From: Bacteroidales bacterium
GTDB taxonomy: Bacteria > Bacteroidota > Bacteroidia > Bacteroidales > CAIWKO01
Assembly (NCBI GenBank): GCA_035389045.1
Contig: DAOORA010000022.1
Coordinates: forward strand, 1 to 57,309
Reading direction: 5' to 3'
Length of the DNA: 57,309 nucleotides
Shown: in pieces, positions 39,291 through 49,067 of the stretch
Layout: each line of letters starts with the position of its first letter
How positions within the stretch are numbered: position 1 is the first letter of the stretch
The notes under the pieces: model-generated
Told to the model about the DNA's origin: nothing
The model's input: the letters and a program-made list of their open reading frames with translations, nothing else
The model's database searches: none
Program-made: the position numbers and the translations under genes

Positions 39291-40538
39291 ATGAAAAAAA
39301 TTCATTTTGTTTTAATCACAGGCGTATTCGTCATGGCAGCCTTAGTTGCCTGCAAATCCTCTAAGAAAAAAATGGACAACAACTCAGGCACCTCCACAGA
39401 AAACACAACGCCGGTCAACATCACTGAAAGCAATAATTTATTTGCGCTCGATCTTTATAAAAAGATTGGTGATAAACCGGAAAATCTTTTTTATTCACCG
39501 TACAGCATTTCTACGGCCCTGGCCATGACTTACACCGGTGCGCGCGGAAAAACTGAAAAAGAAATGAGCACGGTGATGCACTTTCCAGCAAACAGCGAGG
39601 TGTTTTATAGTAAATATAACGAATCTCTTAAAGATATCGGTGGCTTGAGCGACGGAAGCGCCAACACCATTTATAATGCAAATTCTATCTGGGCTCAGAA
39701 GAATTTTAAATTCTCTGAAGAATTTCTGAACGTGATAAAAAACAGTTTTAATTCGTCGGTCAATCTGGTTGATTTCATAAATGAAACCGAAAAAAGCCGT
39801 GTACAGATCAATAAATGGGTGGATGGACAGACCCACGAAAAGATCAAAGACCTGATACAGCCCGGACTTATTGACTACCTGACAAGACTGGTGCTGGTCA
39901 ATGCCATTTATTTTAAAGCTAACTGGGATACGGCATTTGACGAAAAACTGACTCAAAAACTGGATTTTCATGTTGACGAAACAACAGCAGTACCCTGTAA
40001 TTTCATGGTTGCTGATCACAAATACAACTTTTACGAACAGGAAGACGGACTCAAAGCCATTGAAATACCTTATTCGAAAGGGAAATTGTCAATGCTGATC
40101 ATCTTACCCAAAGACAACGCGGGTTTTAACACACTGAAAAAGAACCTGACGCCCGATCTTTATAAAAAAATCATCGCCGGACTGACTGCCAAAAAGGTAA
40201 AACTGTTTCTTCCAAAGTTTAAGACCACATCGGAATTTGAATTAAGCGACATGCTCAAGCAGATGGGTATGCCTCTTGCATTTTCCGACAAGGCAGATTT
40301 TTCGGGCATGACCGGCGCCAAAGATCTAAAGATAAGCAAGGTCATTCATAAGGCTTTTGTTGAGGTGAATGAATCCGGAACCGAAGCCGCCGCCGCTACT
40401 GCCGTGGTGATGCGCATAAAGTCCATGCCGATGAAACAGCCGGAATTCAAAGCCGACCATCCGTTTATGTTTTTCATCAAGGAAAACAAAAACAACAGCA
40501 TCCTGTTTGCAGGAAATATTTACAACCCGACCAAATAA
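39291..40538 (+). CDS. Serpin lipoprotein
   Basis: Lipobox LVAC; SPYSI, LVNAIYFK; hinge EVNESGTEAAAAT; FKADHPF. Confidence 0.93.
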   Translation: MKKIHFVLITGVFVMAALVACKSSKKKMDNNSGTSTENTTPVNITESNNLFALDLYKKIGDKPENLFYSPYSISTALAMTYTGARGKTEKEMSTVMHFPANSEVFYSKYNESLKDIGGLSDGSANTIYNANSIWAQKNFKFSEEFLNVIKNSFNSSVNLVDFINETEKSRVQINKWVDGQTHEKIKDLIQPGLIDYLTRLVLVNAIYFKANWDTAFDEKLTQKLDFHVDETTAVPCNFMVADHKYNFYEQEDGLKAIEIPYSKGKLSMLIILPKDNAGFNTLKKNLTPDLYKKIIAGLTAKKVKLFLPKFKTTSEFELSDMLKQMGMPLAFSDKADFSGMTGAKDLKISKVIHKAFVEVNESGTEAAAATAVVMRIKSMPMKQPEFKADHPFMFFIKENKNNSILFAGNIYNPTK

Positions 40539-40542
40539 TAAA

Positions 40543-41442
40543 ATGCCGGATTTTAAATTAATAAAAACCTCAGGGTGGAAAGATTACGAACTTATCGATA
40601 CCGGCAACTTTGAAAAGTTAGAACGTTTTGGCGACTTCATACTTTCGCGCCCCGAACCACAGGCCTGCTGGAACAAATCACTGCCTGAGCACGAATGGCA
40701 AAAACAGGCTCATGCAAAATTTGTTAAGTCCTCCGTAAAAGAAAGCCATAGCGAAAAAGGACAATGGCAGATACTGAAAAAAATGAACGAACAGTGGTTT
40801 GCCGGTTATTCTTACAAAGCCATGAGTTTAAGGTTTCGCCTGGGGCTGACGGCCTTCAAACATCTTGGATTGTTTCCCGAACAGGCCGATAACTGGAATT
40901 ATATTTTCGATGTTGCTACTGAATTAAAAAATATTCATCCCCGGGTTCTGAACCTTTTTGCTTATACCGGAGGCGCATCTCTTGCGGCCAGGTCCACCGG
41001 AGCCGATGTGGTGCATGTTGATTCGGTGAGGCAGGTGGTCAGCTGGTCGCGTGAAAACATGGAAGCCAGCGGATTGGACGGCATACGCTGGATTGTGGAT
41101 GATGCCATGAAGTTCGTAAAACGTGAGGTGCGGCGCGGAAACAAATACCACGGGATCATACTTGACCCACCGGCTTACGGCCGCGGACCGGACGGGGAAA
41201 AATGGGTACTTGAAGAAGAAATCAACGAACTGATAAAATGTTGTTCCATACTGCTCGAAGAACAAAACTCTTTTCTGGTTTTGAACCTTTATTCTATGGG
41301 GTTTTCAGCCCTGGTTGCTGATAACCTTATGGGCTCGTATTTTACGAACATTAAAAATAAAGAACTTGGCGAGCTTTATATTCCGGATAACTTTGGGAAA
41401 AACCTTCCGCTGGGGACTTTTTACAGGATGAAGACTTCTTGA
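40543..41442 (+). CDS. Class I SAM-dependent methyltransferase (RlmI/RlmK-like, YwbD type)
   Basis: G.FPEQ..NW, VLNLFAYTGG, ILDPPAYGRG. Confidence 0.85.
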   Translation: MPDFKLIKTSGWKDYELIDTGNFEKLERFGDFILSRPEPQACWNKSLPEHEWQKQAHAKFVKSSVKESHSEKGQWQILKKMNEQWFAGYSYKAMSLRFRLGLTAFKHLGLFPEQADNWNYIFDVATELKNIHPRVLNLFAYTGGASLAARSTGADVVHVDSVRQVVSWSRENMEASGLDGIRWIVDDAMKFVKREVRRGNKYHGIILDPPAYGRGPDGEKWVLEEEINELIKCCSILLEEQNSFLVLNLYSMGFSALVADNLMGSYFTNIKNKELGELYIPDNFGKNLPLGTFYRMKTS

Positions 41443-41700
41443 ATCCTTACTTTCCGGTAAAAATAAATTGAAATTCATGGAAGGCACACAGGCACAACAT
41501 TTTGAAATGTTATGTCTTTACCTGTTATGATTTTGTACGGAAGCTTTTTTGTCATAATGCCGATAGGGTAAATGTTGCAGTACAATTCATCGGACTGATA
41601 CAGATAGCATATCGGTATTGAACCCTCTACGGGTTTCATTTCTGTATATTTTTCAAAAAAAATCTTCTCAAATTTTGATTTGGCAATCCCCCAAAAGAAT

Positions 41701-43776
41701 TTATTCAATTATTATTATTTTTGTAATTATTTCCTCCCCTCCTATAATTCTGATAAAATACATTCCCGCCGTTATGTTGCTTAAATTGATTTTCATGGAT
41801 ACTGTAACGGGATCTTTTATTATCTCCTCAAAGATGTTTTCTCCGTTTATATTAAGAACCTGAACAGACATTGTATTCTTTAAATTAGTTAAATAAAATG
41901 TGCCATCGGATGGATTGGGGAAAATTGCAGTGCATGAATTATTTACTTCACTGATGCCTATATTGGTTGATGGGGAATATTCCCAAAAATCATTTTTATA
42001 AATTGTATCGAGCCCGGAACCTAAATAACCTTTATTTCCAATAGTAAAACCCAAAGCATCTGTACGCCCACCTCCATTAAAATCTGCTTTTTGTTCCCAG
42101 GTATCAGAAACCGGGTTGTATTCCCAGAAATCTTTCAATACATCTGAATTGTTTTGCCTGCCTGTACCGATATAACCCCTGTTTAAAATAGAAAAACCAA
42201 CAGCCCCCGTTCTTCCCGCTACACCGCAATCTGCCTTTTGTGTCCAATTGCCGGTGGCAGGATCATATTCCCAGAAATCCTTTAATCTTGTAGTGCCAGG
42301 GGCATAACCGGTTCCAATATAACCTTTGTTCCCAATGCTAAAACCAACAGCATAACTTCTTGCCACACCACTAAAATCATTTTTTCTAACCCACAGATTG
42401 GTGACAGGATCATATTCCCAAAAATCTGATCCACCGCTTCCTGTGCCAATATATCCTTTATTTCCAATATTAAATCCGACGGCACCCTTTCGTTGAATAC
42501 CTTCAAAATGCGCTTTTTCTGTCCATGTATTTAAAGCGGGATCGTATTCCCAAAAATCAGACTTATTACCAATATTATCGGCGCCTGTTCCTAAATACCC
42601 TTTACTCCCGATACTAAAACCTACTGCCCATTGTCTTGCGGTTCCTGCAAAATCAGCTTTTTGAGTCCAAACATTAGTGATCGGGTCAAATTCCCAAAAG
42701 TCCTTTTTAAATTTGATCCCATCATAACCGGTACCGATATAACCTTTATTTCCAATACTGAAACCTACTGCCCGGACACGGCCAATTGTACCAAAACCGG
42801 TTTTAAGAGTCCATGCATTGACCAATGTATCGCACTCCCATATGTCATTTATAATATTATAAGAACTGTCGGCGCCAAGTCCTATATATCCTTTATTGTT
42901 AACACTAAATCCAACCGACCGATATCGTTTACTTCCCTCAAAATCCATTTTTTGAATCCAGACATCAGTAATTGGGTTGTATTCCCAAAAATCATTACGT
43001 TCATCACTGCTCCCGTTAAGACCCGTTCCCAAAAAGCCCTTATTACCTATATTAAAACCCGCAGCATAATACCTGCTGTCTCCGGCAAAGTCATTCTTAC
43101 GCGTCCAGGTATCAGAAACAGGATCATATTCCCAAAAATCCTTAAAATAATCCCAATTATCGGTTCCTGTTCCAACATAAGCTTTGGCCCCAATACTAAA
43201 ACCGGTTGCAGCGTATCGCGGAACTCCGCCGAAGTTCGCCTTTTGAGCCCACGAATCAGTTGAGGGATCATACTCCCAAAAATCTTTTTTATAATTTGTA
43301 CCATCGAATCCGGTTCCTATGTAACCTTTATTTCCTATGCTAAATCCAACGGCACTCTGCCGGGGAGTTCCTCCGAAATTTGCTTTTTGAGTCCAAATAT
43401 TTGTTGCCGGATCGTATTCCCAAAAATCAGCTGTAAAACCGGAGGCATCATAACCGGTTCCGATATATGCTTTACTTCCAATACTAAAACCTACGGCAAC
43501 CGTTCTGGGACTGCCGCCGAAACTGGCTTTTTGAGTCCAGACATTGGTTGCCGGATCGTATTCCCAAAAGTCATTTCTTCTTGATTCGCCATCAAAACCA
43601 CTACCTACATAGCATTTATTACCGATAGTAATACTTACAGCACTGACTCTTGGATTCGCCCCATTTGGCATAGTACATCCGATATCACTTTTCTGTACCC
43701 ATGTATCCTGATTTTGAGAATACAAAAACAGGGAACAAAAATGTATAATTGTGATTAAAATTGTGATTTTTTTCAT
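41701..43776 (-). CDS. Kelch-repeat protein (about 12 repeats) with T9SS type A CTD
   Basis: Repeated 'AVGFSIG.KGYIGTG...DFWEYDP.T..W.QKA.F.G..R'; IFPNPS...GMYFI...KIII. Confidence 0.9.
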   Translation of the reverse strand: MKKITILITIIHFCSLFLYSQNQDTWVQKSDIGCTMPNGANPRVSAVSITIGNKCYVGSGFDGESRRNDFWEYDPATNVWTQKASFGGSPRTVAVGFSIGSKAYIGTGYDASGFTADFWEYDPATNIWTQKANFGGTPRQSAVGFSIGNKGYIGTGFDGTNYKKDFWEYDPSTDSWAQKANFGGVPRYAATGFSIGAKAYVGTGTDNWDYFKDFWEYDPVSDTWTRKNDFAGDSRYYAAGFNIGNKGFLGTGLNGSSDERNDFWEYNPITDVWIQKMDFEGSKRYRSVGFSVNNKGYIGLGADSSYNIINDIWECDTLVNAWTLKTGFGTIGRVRAVGFSIGNKGYIGTGYDGIKFKKDFWEFDPITNVWTQKADFAGTARQWAVGFSIGSKGYLGTGADNIGNKSDFWEYDPALNTWTEKAHFEGIQRKGAVGFNIGNKGYIGTGSGGSDFWEYDPVTNLWVRKNDFSGVARSYAVGFSIGNKGYIGTGYAPGTTRLKDFWEYDPATGNWTQKADCGVAGRTGAVGFSILNRGYIGTGRQNNSDVLKDFWEYNPVSDTWEQKADFNGGGRTDALGFTIGNKGYLGSGLDTIYKNDFWEYSPSTNIGISEVNNSCTAIFPNPSDGTFYLTNLKNTMSVQVLNINGENIFEEIIKDPVTVSMKINLSNITAGMYFIRIIGGEEIITKIIIIE

Positions 43777-44133
43777 CTAAAGGACTTTTAACTTTTTTAA
43801 TTCTTCAATTGTTATGCCGGGGGGCATCTCACCGTTTTTAATTTTTATTATGATGCGGTTGGCCACTTTTTTTGCATCCGCTTTGGTCTTGAAACCATTG
43901 TTACCAGGATATCCGGGGATAGTTGGCTGGTGAATTCGTAACTGTTTTTCAAAATATATATCATATCCCCAGGTCATATTTGCTGAGGGAATGATAGTGT
44001 AAGAAATGCCGGAATTTTTTTTGGTATTTTTCTTAGGATGATTTGCTTCCGTTTGTGAATACGTTTTGAATGCAGAAAAGATAATTATAACAGAAATGAG
44101 CTTTATTAACCCTGAATTTTTAATCATAGTCAT
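43777..44133 (-). CDS. DUF4907-like protein
   Basis: WGYDI...IHQPTIPG..GN.GF....DA.KVA...P.IT..EL. Confidence 0.75.
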   Translation of the reverse strand: MTMIKNSGLIKLISVIIIFSAFKTYSQTEANHPKKNTKKNSGISYTIIPSANMTWGYDIYFEKQLRIHQPTIPGYPGNNGFKTKADAKKVANRIIIKIKNGEMPPGITIEELKKLKVL

Positions 44134-44307
44134 ACTATATTATGCTTTTGTAAATCTTTTATAAATGTATTTTTTATAATAGTGGTTGGTATTTATATTG
44201 GGGTCTTTCTGAGCGGCCATTTTTGAAAAAAATCTTTCCTTTTACGATAAATTTATATTTTTCAAGATTAGTTAAAGAATTGTTGTTTCTTCATTTTTCT
44301 GCATTTT

Positions 44308-45498
44308 TCATCCAAAAAGTTTTGCTTTGCCAAAACGCCAGCCGATTCTGAAACCTAATTGTACCGATAAGAATATTCCCCCGTCTTTGAGCTTTAATGG
44401 CGGATCATAATAATCTTTAACAGAGCCCTCATGAAGATATAAAATATCTTCGCTTCGGCTGACGACACCGCCCCGGTACATCATGCCTATTGAAAAAAAC
44501 GCATCGAACAAAAACTTTTTTATCTGAGGGGTTTGTACACCAATGATTGCATTAAGATTAACAGCAGCGCTTTTTTCGCTTTGAATCGCATAAAAAGACA
44601 CGTGGTAATAATCCGAACCATCAGCATCCAAAAAGATCAATTTGTCGGTATAATAATAGTAGTGAAACCCAAGCTGCGGGCCGAAATACAGGTGTTTCTT
44701 TTTCGAAAGAAAAAATTTCGGAATAACTTCCAGGGAGAATCCTTTACGATAAAGATAAGATTGATCAAACATGGTAATGTGTCTTCCCCTGATATTTGTG
44801 AGTGTAGTCAGGAAATAAGCAAAGTCATAACGGCTGGCATCAGGTTTTGCATACCATATCCCGACTCCCATATCGAGACAAAGATTTCTTTTTATGGGCA
44901 GTTCAAAATTCAGATTGATTTCGTTTACAAGATCCCGGACCAAGTTGGTTTTTATTCCGTAATGCATGGGGCATGTGTCAAGAGCCGCAAACATATTTTT
45001 TCTGCGTTGTATCTTTTTATCCATATCGGCAGCATATTTTTCTGCAGAAACATGTTTATAAAGCGGATCGTAATGTTCCTTTGCCTCAACGATAATTTCT
45101 GTTTTGGATAGTTTTTCGAATTCCAGATAGCTCATAACACTGAAGTACGGGCGGCTGTCTGATTGTTCCGCAGCAATCATCATTTGTTTTTCAGAAAGCA
45201 TTATAGCAGCCGGCCCGGACAATACCAGACTTTTTATATCGGCAGGAAAAACAGTATCTGCTCCAACCAGCAAAAAACCGGCAGTAATTTTCGAAATTTT
45301 TGATTTGTGGGAAATATCATTACGGTCAACCCATGCAAAAACATTTCCTTTTTTAAATATTATGTATTTGCTTATCTTGCCCGGTACGGGTGTTGATGCC
45401 TGAAAAACCACAACCGTGTCTTCATTTTTGAACGGCTGGGCCATTGAAAGAGACGTGAAAAATAACATCAATAACAGGAAAAGGATACTCTTTTTCAT
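44308..45498 (-). CDS. Hypothetical secreted protein with C-terminal beta-barrel-like region
   Basis: Signal peptide ending MAQ; aromatic alternating strands ending GFRIGWRF. Confidence 0.6.
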   Translation of the reverse strand: MKKSILFLLLMLFFTSLSMAQPFKNEDTVVVFQASTPVPGKISKYIIFKKGNVFAWVDRNDISHKSKISKITAGFLLVGADTVFPADIKSLVLSGPAAIMLSEKQMMIAAEQSDSRPYFSVMSYLEFEKLSKTEIIVEAKEHYDPLYKHVSAEKYAADMDKKIQRRKNMFAALDTCPMHYGIKTNLVRDLVNEINLNFELPIKRNLCLDMGVGIWYAKPDASRYDFAYFLTTLTNIRGRHITMFDQSYLYRKGFSLEVIPKFFLSKKKHLYFGPQLGFHYYYYTDKLIFLDADGSDYYHVSFYAIQSEKSAAVNLNAIIGVQTPQIKKFLFDAFFSIGMMYRGGVVSRSEDILYLHEGSVKDYYDPPLKLKDGGIFLSVQLGFRIGWRFGKAKLFG

Positions 45499-45687
45499 TA
45501 TAACCATCGTTTTTGCACTCTGTTTGGTATAGAACAATTAAATGAATTAAACTATTTCAACTGATAAAATTAATCATAATATTAAACATCCATTTTTTTA
45601 CAAATAAAAAACATTCATTTGGATTAATATTCACAAAAAAGTTTTATGTTTGAATATCAAAAATTTTAACCTTAAAATAAATAGATC

Positions 45688-47298
45688 ATGGCAGATTTTA
45701 TTTATGAAAAACCTTTTCAGATTGAGAAGGACTTAACCCAATACCGGTTGCTTACAAAAGATTATGTAAGCGTCATAGAGGCAGGCGGAAGAAAAATACT
45801 CAAAGTGGATCCGAAAGGCCTGGAACTCCTTGCAAAAGAAGCGATCTATGATCTTTCATTTTTTCTCAGGGCTTCACATCTTGAAAAACTTGCCCTGATA
45901 CTTGATGATCCTGACGCAACAGACAACGACAGCTTTGTGGCATACAACATGCTTAATAACACGGTTATTTCTGCTAAGGGAGAACTCCCGTGGTGCCAGG
46001 ATACAGGAACGGCTATCGTGATAGGTAAAAAAGGCGAGCAGGTCTGGACCGGCGGCCATGATGCAGAGTATCTCTCAAAAGGAATATTTACAACTTATCA
46101 GGAAAAAAATCTCAGGTATTCACAGGTGGTCCCGTATACGATGTTTGAAGAAAAAAACAGCGGAACCAATATGCCTGCCCAGATAGACATCTATGCTACA
46201 GAAGGCGATACTTATCAGTTTCTTTTCATCACCAAGGGTGGCGGGTCTGCAAATAAAACCTTTCTCTACCAGCAGACCAAGTCGCTGTTAAATGAAGAAT
46301 CGCTGATAAAATTTGTAAAAGAAAAGATCAAAGAACTTGGCACTTCTGCCTGTCCGCCTTATCATCTGGCATTTGTCATTGGCGGCACCTCTGCTGAAGC
46401 TAACCTCAAAGCCGTTAAAGAAGCTTCTGCAGGATATTATGACCAGCTTCCTATTACGGGCAATGCCAGCGGACGTGCATTCCGTGATATAGAATGGGAA
46501 AAGAAAATTGAGGAACTGTGCCGGGAATATGGCGTGGGCGCACAGTTTGGCGGTAAATACTTTGTTCATGATGTCAGGGTTATCCGTATGCCCCGCCATG
46601 CTGCTTCATGCCCGGTGGGAATGGGCGTAAGCTGTAGCGCCGACAGGAATATAAAAGCGTATATTAACGAAAACGGGATCTACCTTGAAGAACTTGAAAA
46701 GAATCCTGAACGTTTTATGCCGGCGAAAGCGCCGGAGCTGGAAAAAGCTGTTGAGATCAACCTCGACAGGCCGATAAAAGAGGTGCTTGCCGAGCTGACA
46801 AAATACCCGGTCAAAACGAGGTTGAGCCTGACGGGAACACTCATCGTTGCCAGAGATATTGCCCATGCACAGATCAAAAAACTTCTTGACCAAGGTAAAC
46901 CCATGCCGGAATACTTCAAAAACCACCCCATCTATTATGCCGGGCCGGCAAAAATCCCTGCAGGAATGCCTTCGGGAAGTTTCGGACCGACAACAGCAGG
47001 ACGTATGGACTCTTATGTAGACCTGTTTCAGAGCATGGGTGGTTCACTGATTATGTTAGCCAAAGGGAACAGGAACAGATCAGTGATCGAAGCCTGTAAA
47101 AAATATGGAGGTTTCTACCTGGGTTCTATTGGCGGGCCGGCTGCGATACTTGCGGCAGAAAATATCAAATCGGTCGAAGTGGTCGATTTTGAAGATCTGG
47201 GAATGGAAGCCGTCAGAAAGATACGGGTAGAAAACATGCCTGCGTTCATTTTGACTGATGATAAGGGAAATGATTTCTTTGATGAATACAATAAATAA
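45688..47298 (+). CDS. fumA: Class I Fe-S fumarate hydratase
   Basis: [39 protein letters not shown]. Confidence 0.95.
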   Translation: MADFIYEKPFQIEKDLTQYRLLTKDYVSVIEAGGRKILKVDPKGLELLAKEAIYDLSFFLRASHLEKLALILDDPDATDNDSFVAYNMLNNTVISAKGELPWCQDTGTAIVIGKKGEQVWTGGHDAEYLSKGIFTTYQEKNLRYSQVVPYTMFEEKNSGTNMPAQIDIYATEGDTYQFLFITKGGGSANKTFLYQQTKSLLNEESLIKFVKEKIKELGTSACPPYHLAFVIGGTSAEANLKAVKEASAGYYDQLPITGNASGRAFRDIEWEKKIEELCREYGVGAQFGGKYFVHDVRVIRMPRHAASCPVGMGVSCSADRNIKAYINENGIYLEELEKNPERFMPAKAPELEKAVEINLDRPIKEVLAELTKYPVKTRLSLTGTLIVARDIAHAQIKKLLDQGKPMPEYFKNHPIYYAGPAKIPAGMPSGSFGPTTAGRMDSYVDLFQSMGGSLIMLAKGNRNRSVIEACKKYGGFYLGSIGGPAAILAAENIKSVEVVDFEDLGMEAVRKIRVENMPAFILTDDKGNDFFDEYNK

Positions 47299-47387
47299 AA
47301 CTATTGTGCCCTATGTGCCTATGTGGTAAAAAATAGGGACTCATTATCACCACATAGACACAATAGACACATAGACACACATAGAAA

Positions 47388-47566
47388 ATGACAAAAAAAA
47401 GAAATTGACGAACTGACTTATGTTACCGGTATTTTCATCCCAATTATTGACTTATTTGAAGCTGCTTGAAAAGCCCAAGGGTATTCTTATCAACTTCAAT
47501 TGTACAAATATTTTCAAAGAAGGACAAAAAACTTTTGTAAACGAATATTATGCTTTGCTTGATTAA
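47388..47566 (+). pseudogene. Internally deleted, frameshifted GxxExxY gene copy
   Basis: Same 5' and 3' ends as 47661-48065; A8 instead of A7 after ATGAC; about 227 bp missing internally. Confidence 0.88.
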
Positions 47567-47660
47567 TAATTACCTATTGTGCCCTATGTGCCTATGTGGT
47601 AAAGAAAAGGCGTTTATTTTCACCACATAGACACAACAGACACGTAGACACACATAGAAA

Positions 47661-48065
47661 ATGACAAAAAAAGAAATTGACGAACTGACTTATATAATAA
47701 TTGGATGTGCCATTGAGGTTCATAAACAATTAGGTCCAGGACTACTTGAGTCGGTTTATGAAAAATGTTTCATACAGGAATTATTATCTCAAAATTTAAA
47801 AGTTCAATCTCAGATAAGCATACCATTACACTATAAGGGCGTTAATATTGACTGTGAGCTCCGATTAGATGTCCTTGTAGATGATGCTATCGTTGTTGAA
47901 TTAAAAGCCGTTGATGTATTGTTACCGGTATTTTCCGCTCAAATATTAACCTATCTAAAACTTCTTGAAAAGCCCAAGGGTATTCTTATCAACTTCAATT
48001 GTACAAATATTTTCAAAGAAGGACAAAAAACTTTTGTAAACGAATATTATGCTTTGCTTGATTAA
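47661..48065 (+). CDS. GxxExxY protein (PD-(D/E)XK nuclease-like)
   Basis: LGPGLLESVYE and RLDVLVDD.IVVELKAV, Q.LTYL, G.LINF. Confidence 0.93.
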   Translation: MTKKEIDELTYIIIGCAIEVHKQLGPGLLESVYEKCFIQELLSQNLKVQSQISIPLHYKGVNIDCELRLDVLVDDAIVVELKAVDVLLPVFSAQILTYLKLLEKPKGILINFNCTNIFKEGQKTFVNEYYALLD

Positions 48066-48163
48066 TAATTACCTATTGTGCCCTATGTGCCTGTGTGGTA
48101 AAGAAAAGGCGTTTATTTTCACCACATAGACACAACAGACACATAGACACACATAGTTGAATT

Positions 48164-48616
48164 ATGAGGGTTGTTGTTCAGAGAGTTAGTGAGGCGTCGG
48201 TATTGATAAATAATACGGAGAAGAGAAGTATTGGCTTGGGCTTGCTTGTTTTGCTTGGCATTGAGGAGGCAGACTCGGATGAGGATATTGAATGGCTTTG
48301 CGGAAAAATTGCACGCTTGCGTATCTTTAACGATGAGCAGGGTATAATGAATCTTTCCGTCTGTGATGTGGCGGGCGAAGTGATGGTGATCAGTCAGTTT
48401 ACGCTTCATGCCAGTACCAAAAAAGGTAATCGCCCGTCGTACATCCGTGCTGCAAAACCGGAAATTGCCATCCCGTTGTACGAAAAATTCCTTCAACGCA
48501 TGAAGGCCGAAACAAACGGCAATGTGGTCAGCGGGGAATTCGGGTCTTATATGCAGGTAGGCCTTGTTAATGATGGCCCGGTAACGATAATGATTGATAC
48601 GAAGGAGAAAGAATAA
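48164..48616 (+). CDS. dtd: D-aminoacyl-tRNA deacylase
   Basis: MRVVVQRV, SQFTL, KKGNRPS, NDGPVT. Confidence 0.96.
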   Translation: MRVVVQRVSEASVLINNTEKRSIGLGLLVLLGIEEADSDEDIEWLCGKIARLRIFNDEQGIMNLSVCDVAGEVMVISQFTLHASTKKGNRPSYIRAAKPEIAIPLYEKFLQRMKAETNGNVVSGEFGSYMQVGLVNDGPVTIMIDTKEKE

Positions 48617-48711
48617 GGCGCATTATTGTTTTCTTTTATCCCAGATTCTAACGCTTCGAGAAAGTAGTATAATACATCTACCTAATAATAATGTATTTTT
48701 TTAAATTCTGT

Positions 48712-48930
48712 GTTCATTTCTTTTGCTTATCCAAAAGAAACGAACCAAAGAAAATGATAGCCCAGACAATGCTTCTGCCCGCTCTCAGAAAATATTGAAA
48801 ATCTATTCAAAGTAGTCCCGACCAGCAATGCTGCGTCGGGAAACCCATCCGTTGGCGTGGCCTTTGAAGATTTTCTGATATTTTCTGATTCACGCCATCG
48901 CCGGCCCGCTGACTGGGCGGGCCAATGCAC
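48712..48930. repeat. Highly structured ~220 bp intergenic element (MITE-like or ncRNA)
   Basis: Stems GTTCATTTCTTTTG/CAAAAGAAACGAAC, TCAGAAAATAT/ATATTTTCTGA, TCCCGAC/GTCGGGA and GGCCCGC/GCGGGCC. Confidence 0.55.
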
Positions 48931-49067
48931 GTTGTTTCTACGAAACAATAAAAGGTTCGACAAGGTGCCGGACATTTCAACAATATTGTTAATCTGTTGA
49001 AATGCTGTTGTTTATAATAAGTCAGATGGATTTAGGTATTAGTATTATTCTATTACGAAATTTGCGG

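Larger units (their letters stand above)
47301..48156 (+). repeat. Three ~84 bp hairpin repeats (47301-47384, 47574-47657, 48073-48156) separating GxxExxY cassettes
   Basis: Each unit is CTATTGTGCCCTATGTGCCTRTGTGGT, a ~21 nt spacer, then ACCACATAGACACAAYAGACACRTAGACACACATAG. Confidence 0.9.

Noticed and set aside
41475..41708. 77 aa ORF overlapping the Kelch gene stop
   Set aside because: Position is plausible but there is no recognisable motif; cannot be supported
41950..43700. DNA tandem repeats of ~144 bp
   Set aside because: Fully explained by Kelch protein repeats; likewise the SBBP and Big_2 repeats in 13700-17100
47301..48156. CRISPR array
   Set aside because: Repeats are ~84 bp, the intervening segments are gene copies of ~190 and ~415 bp, and no cas genes are present
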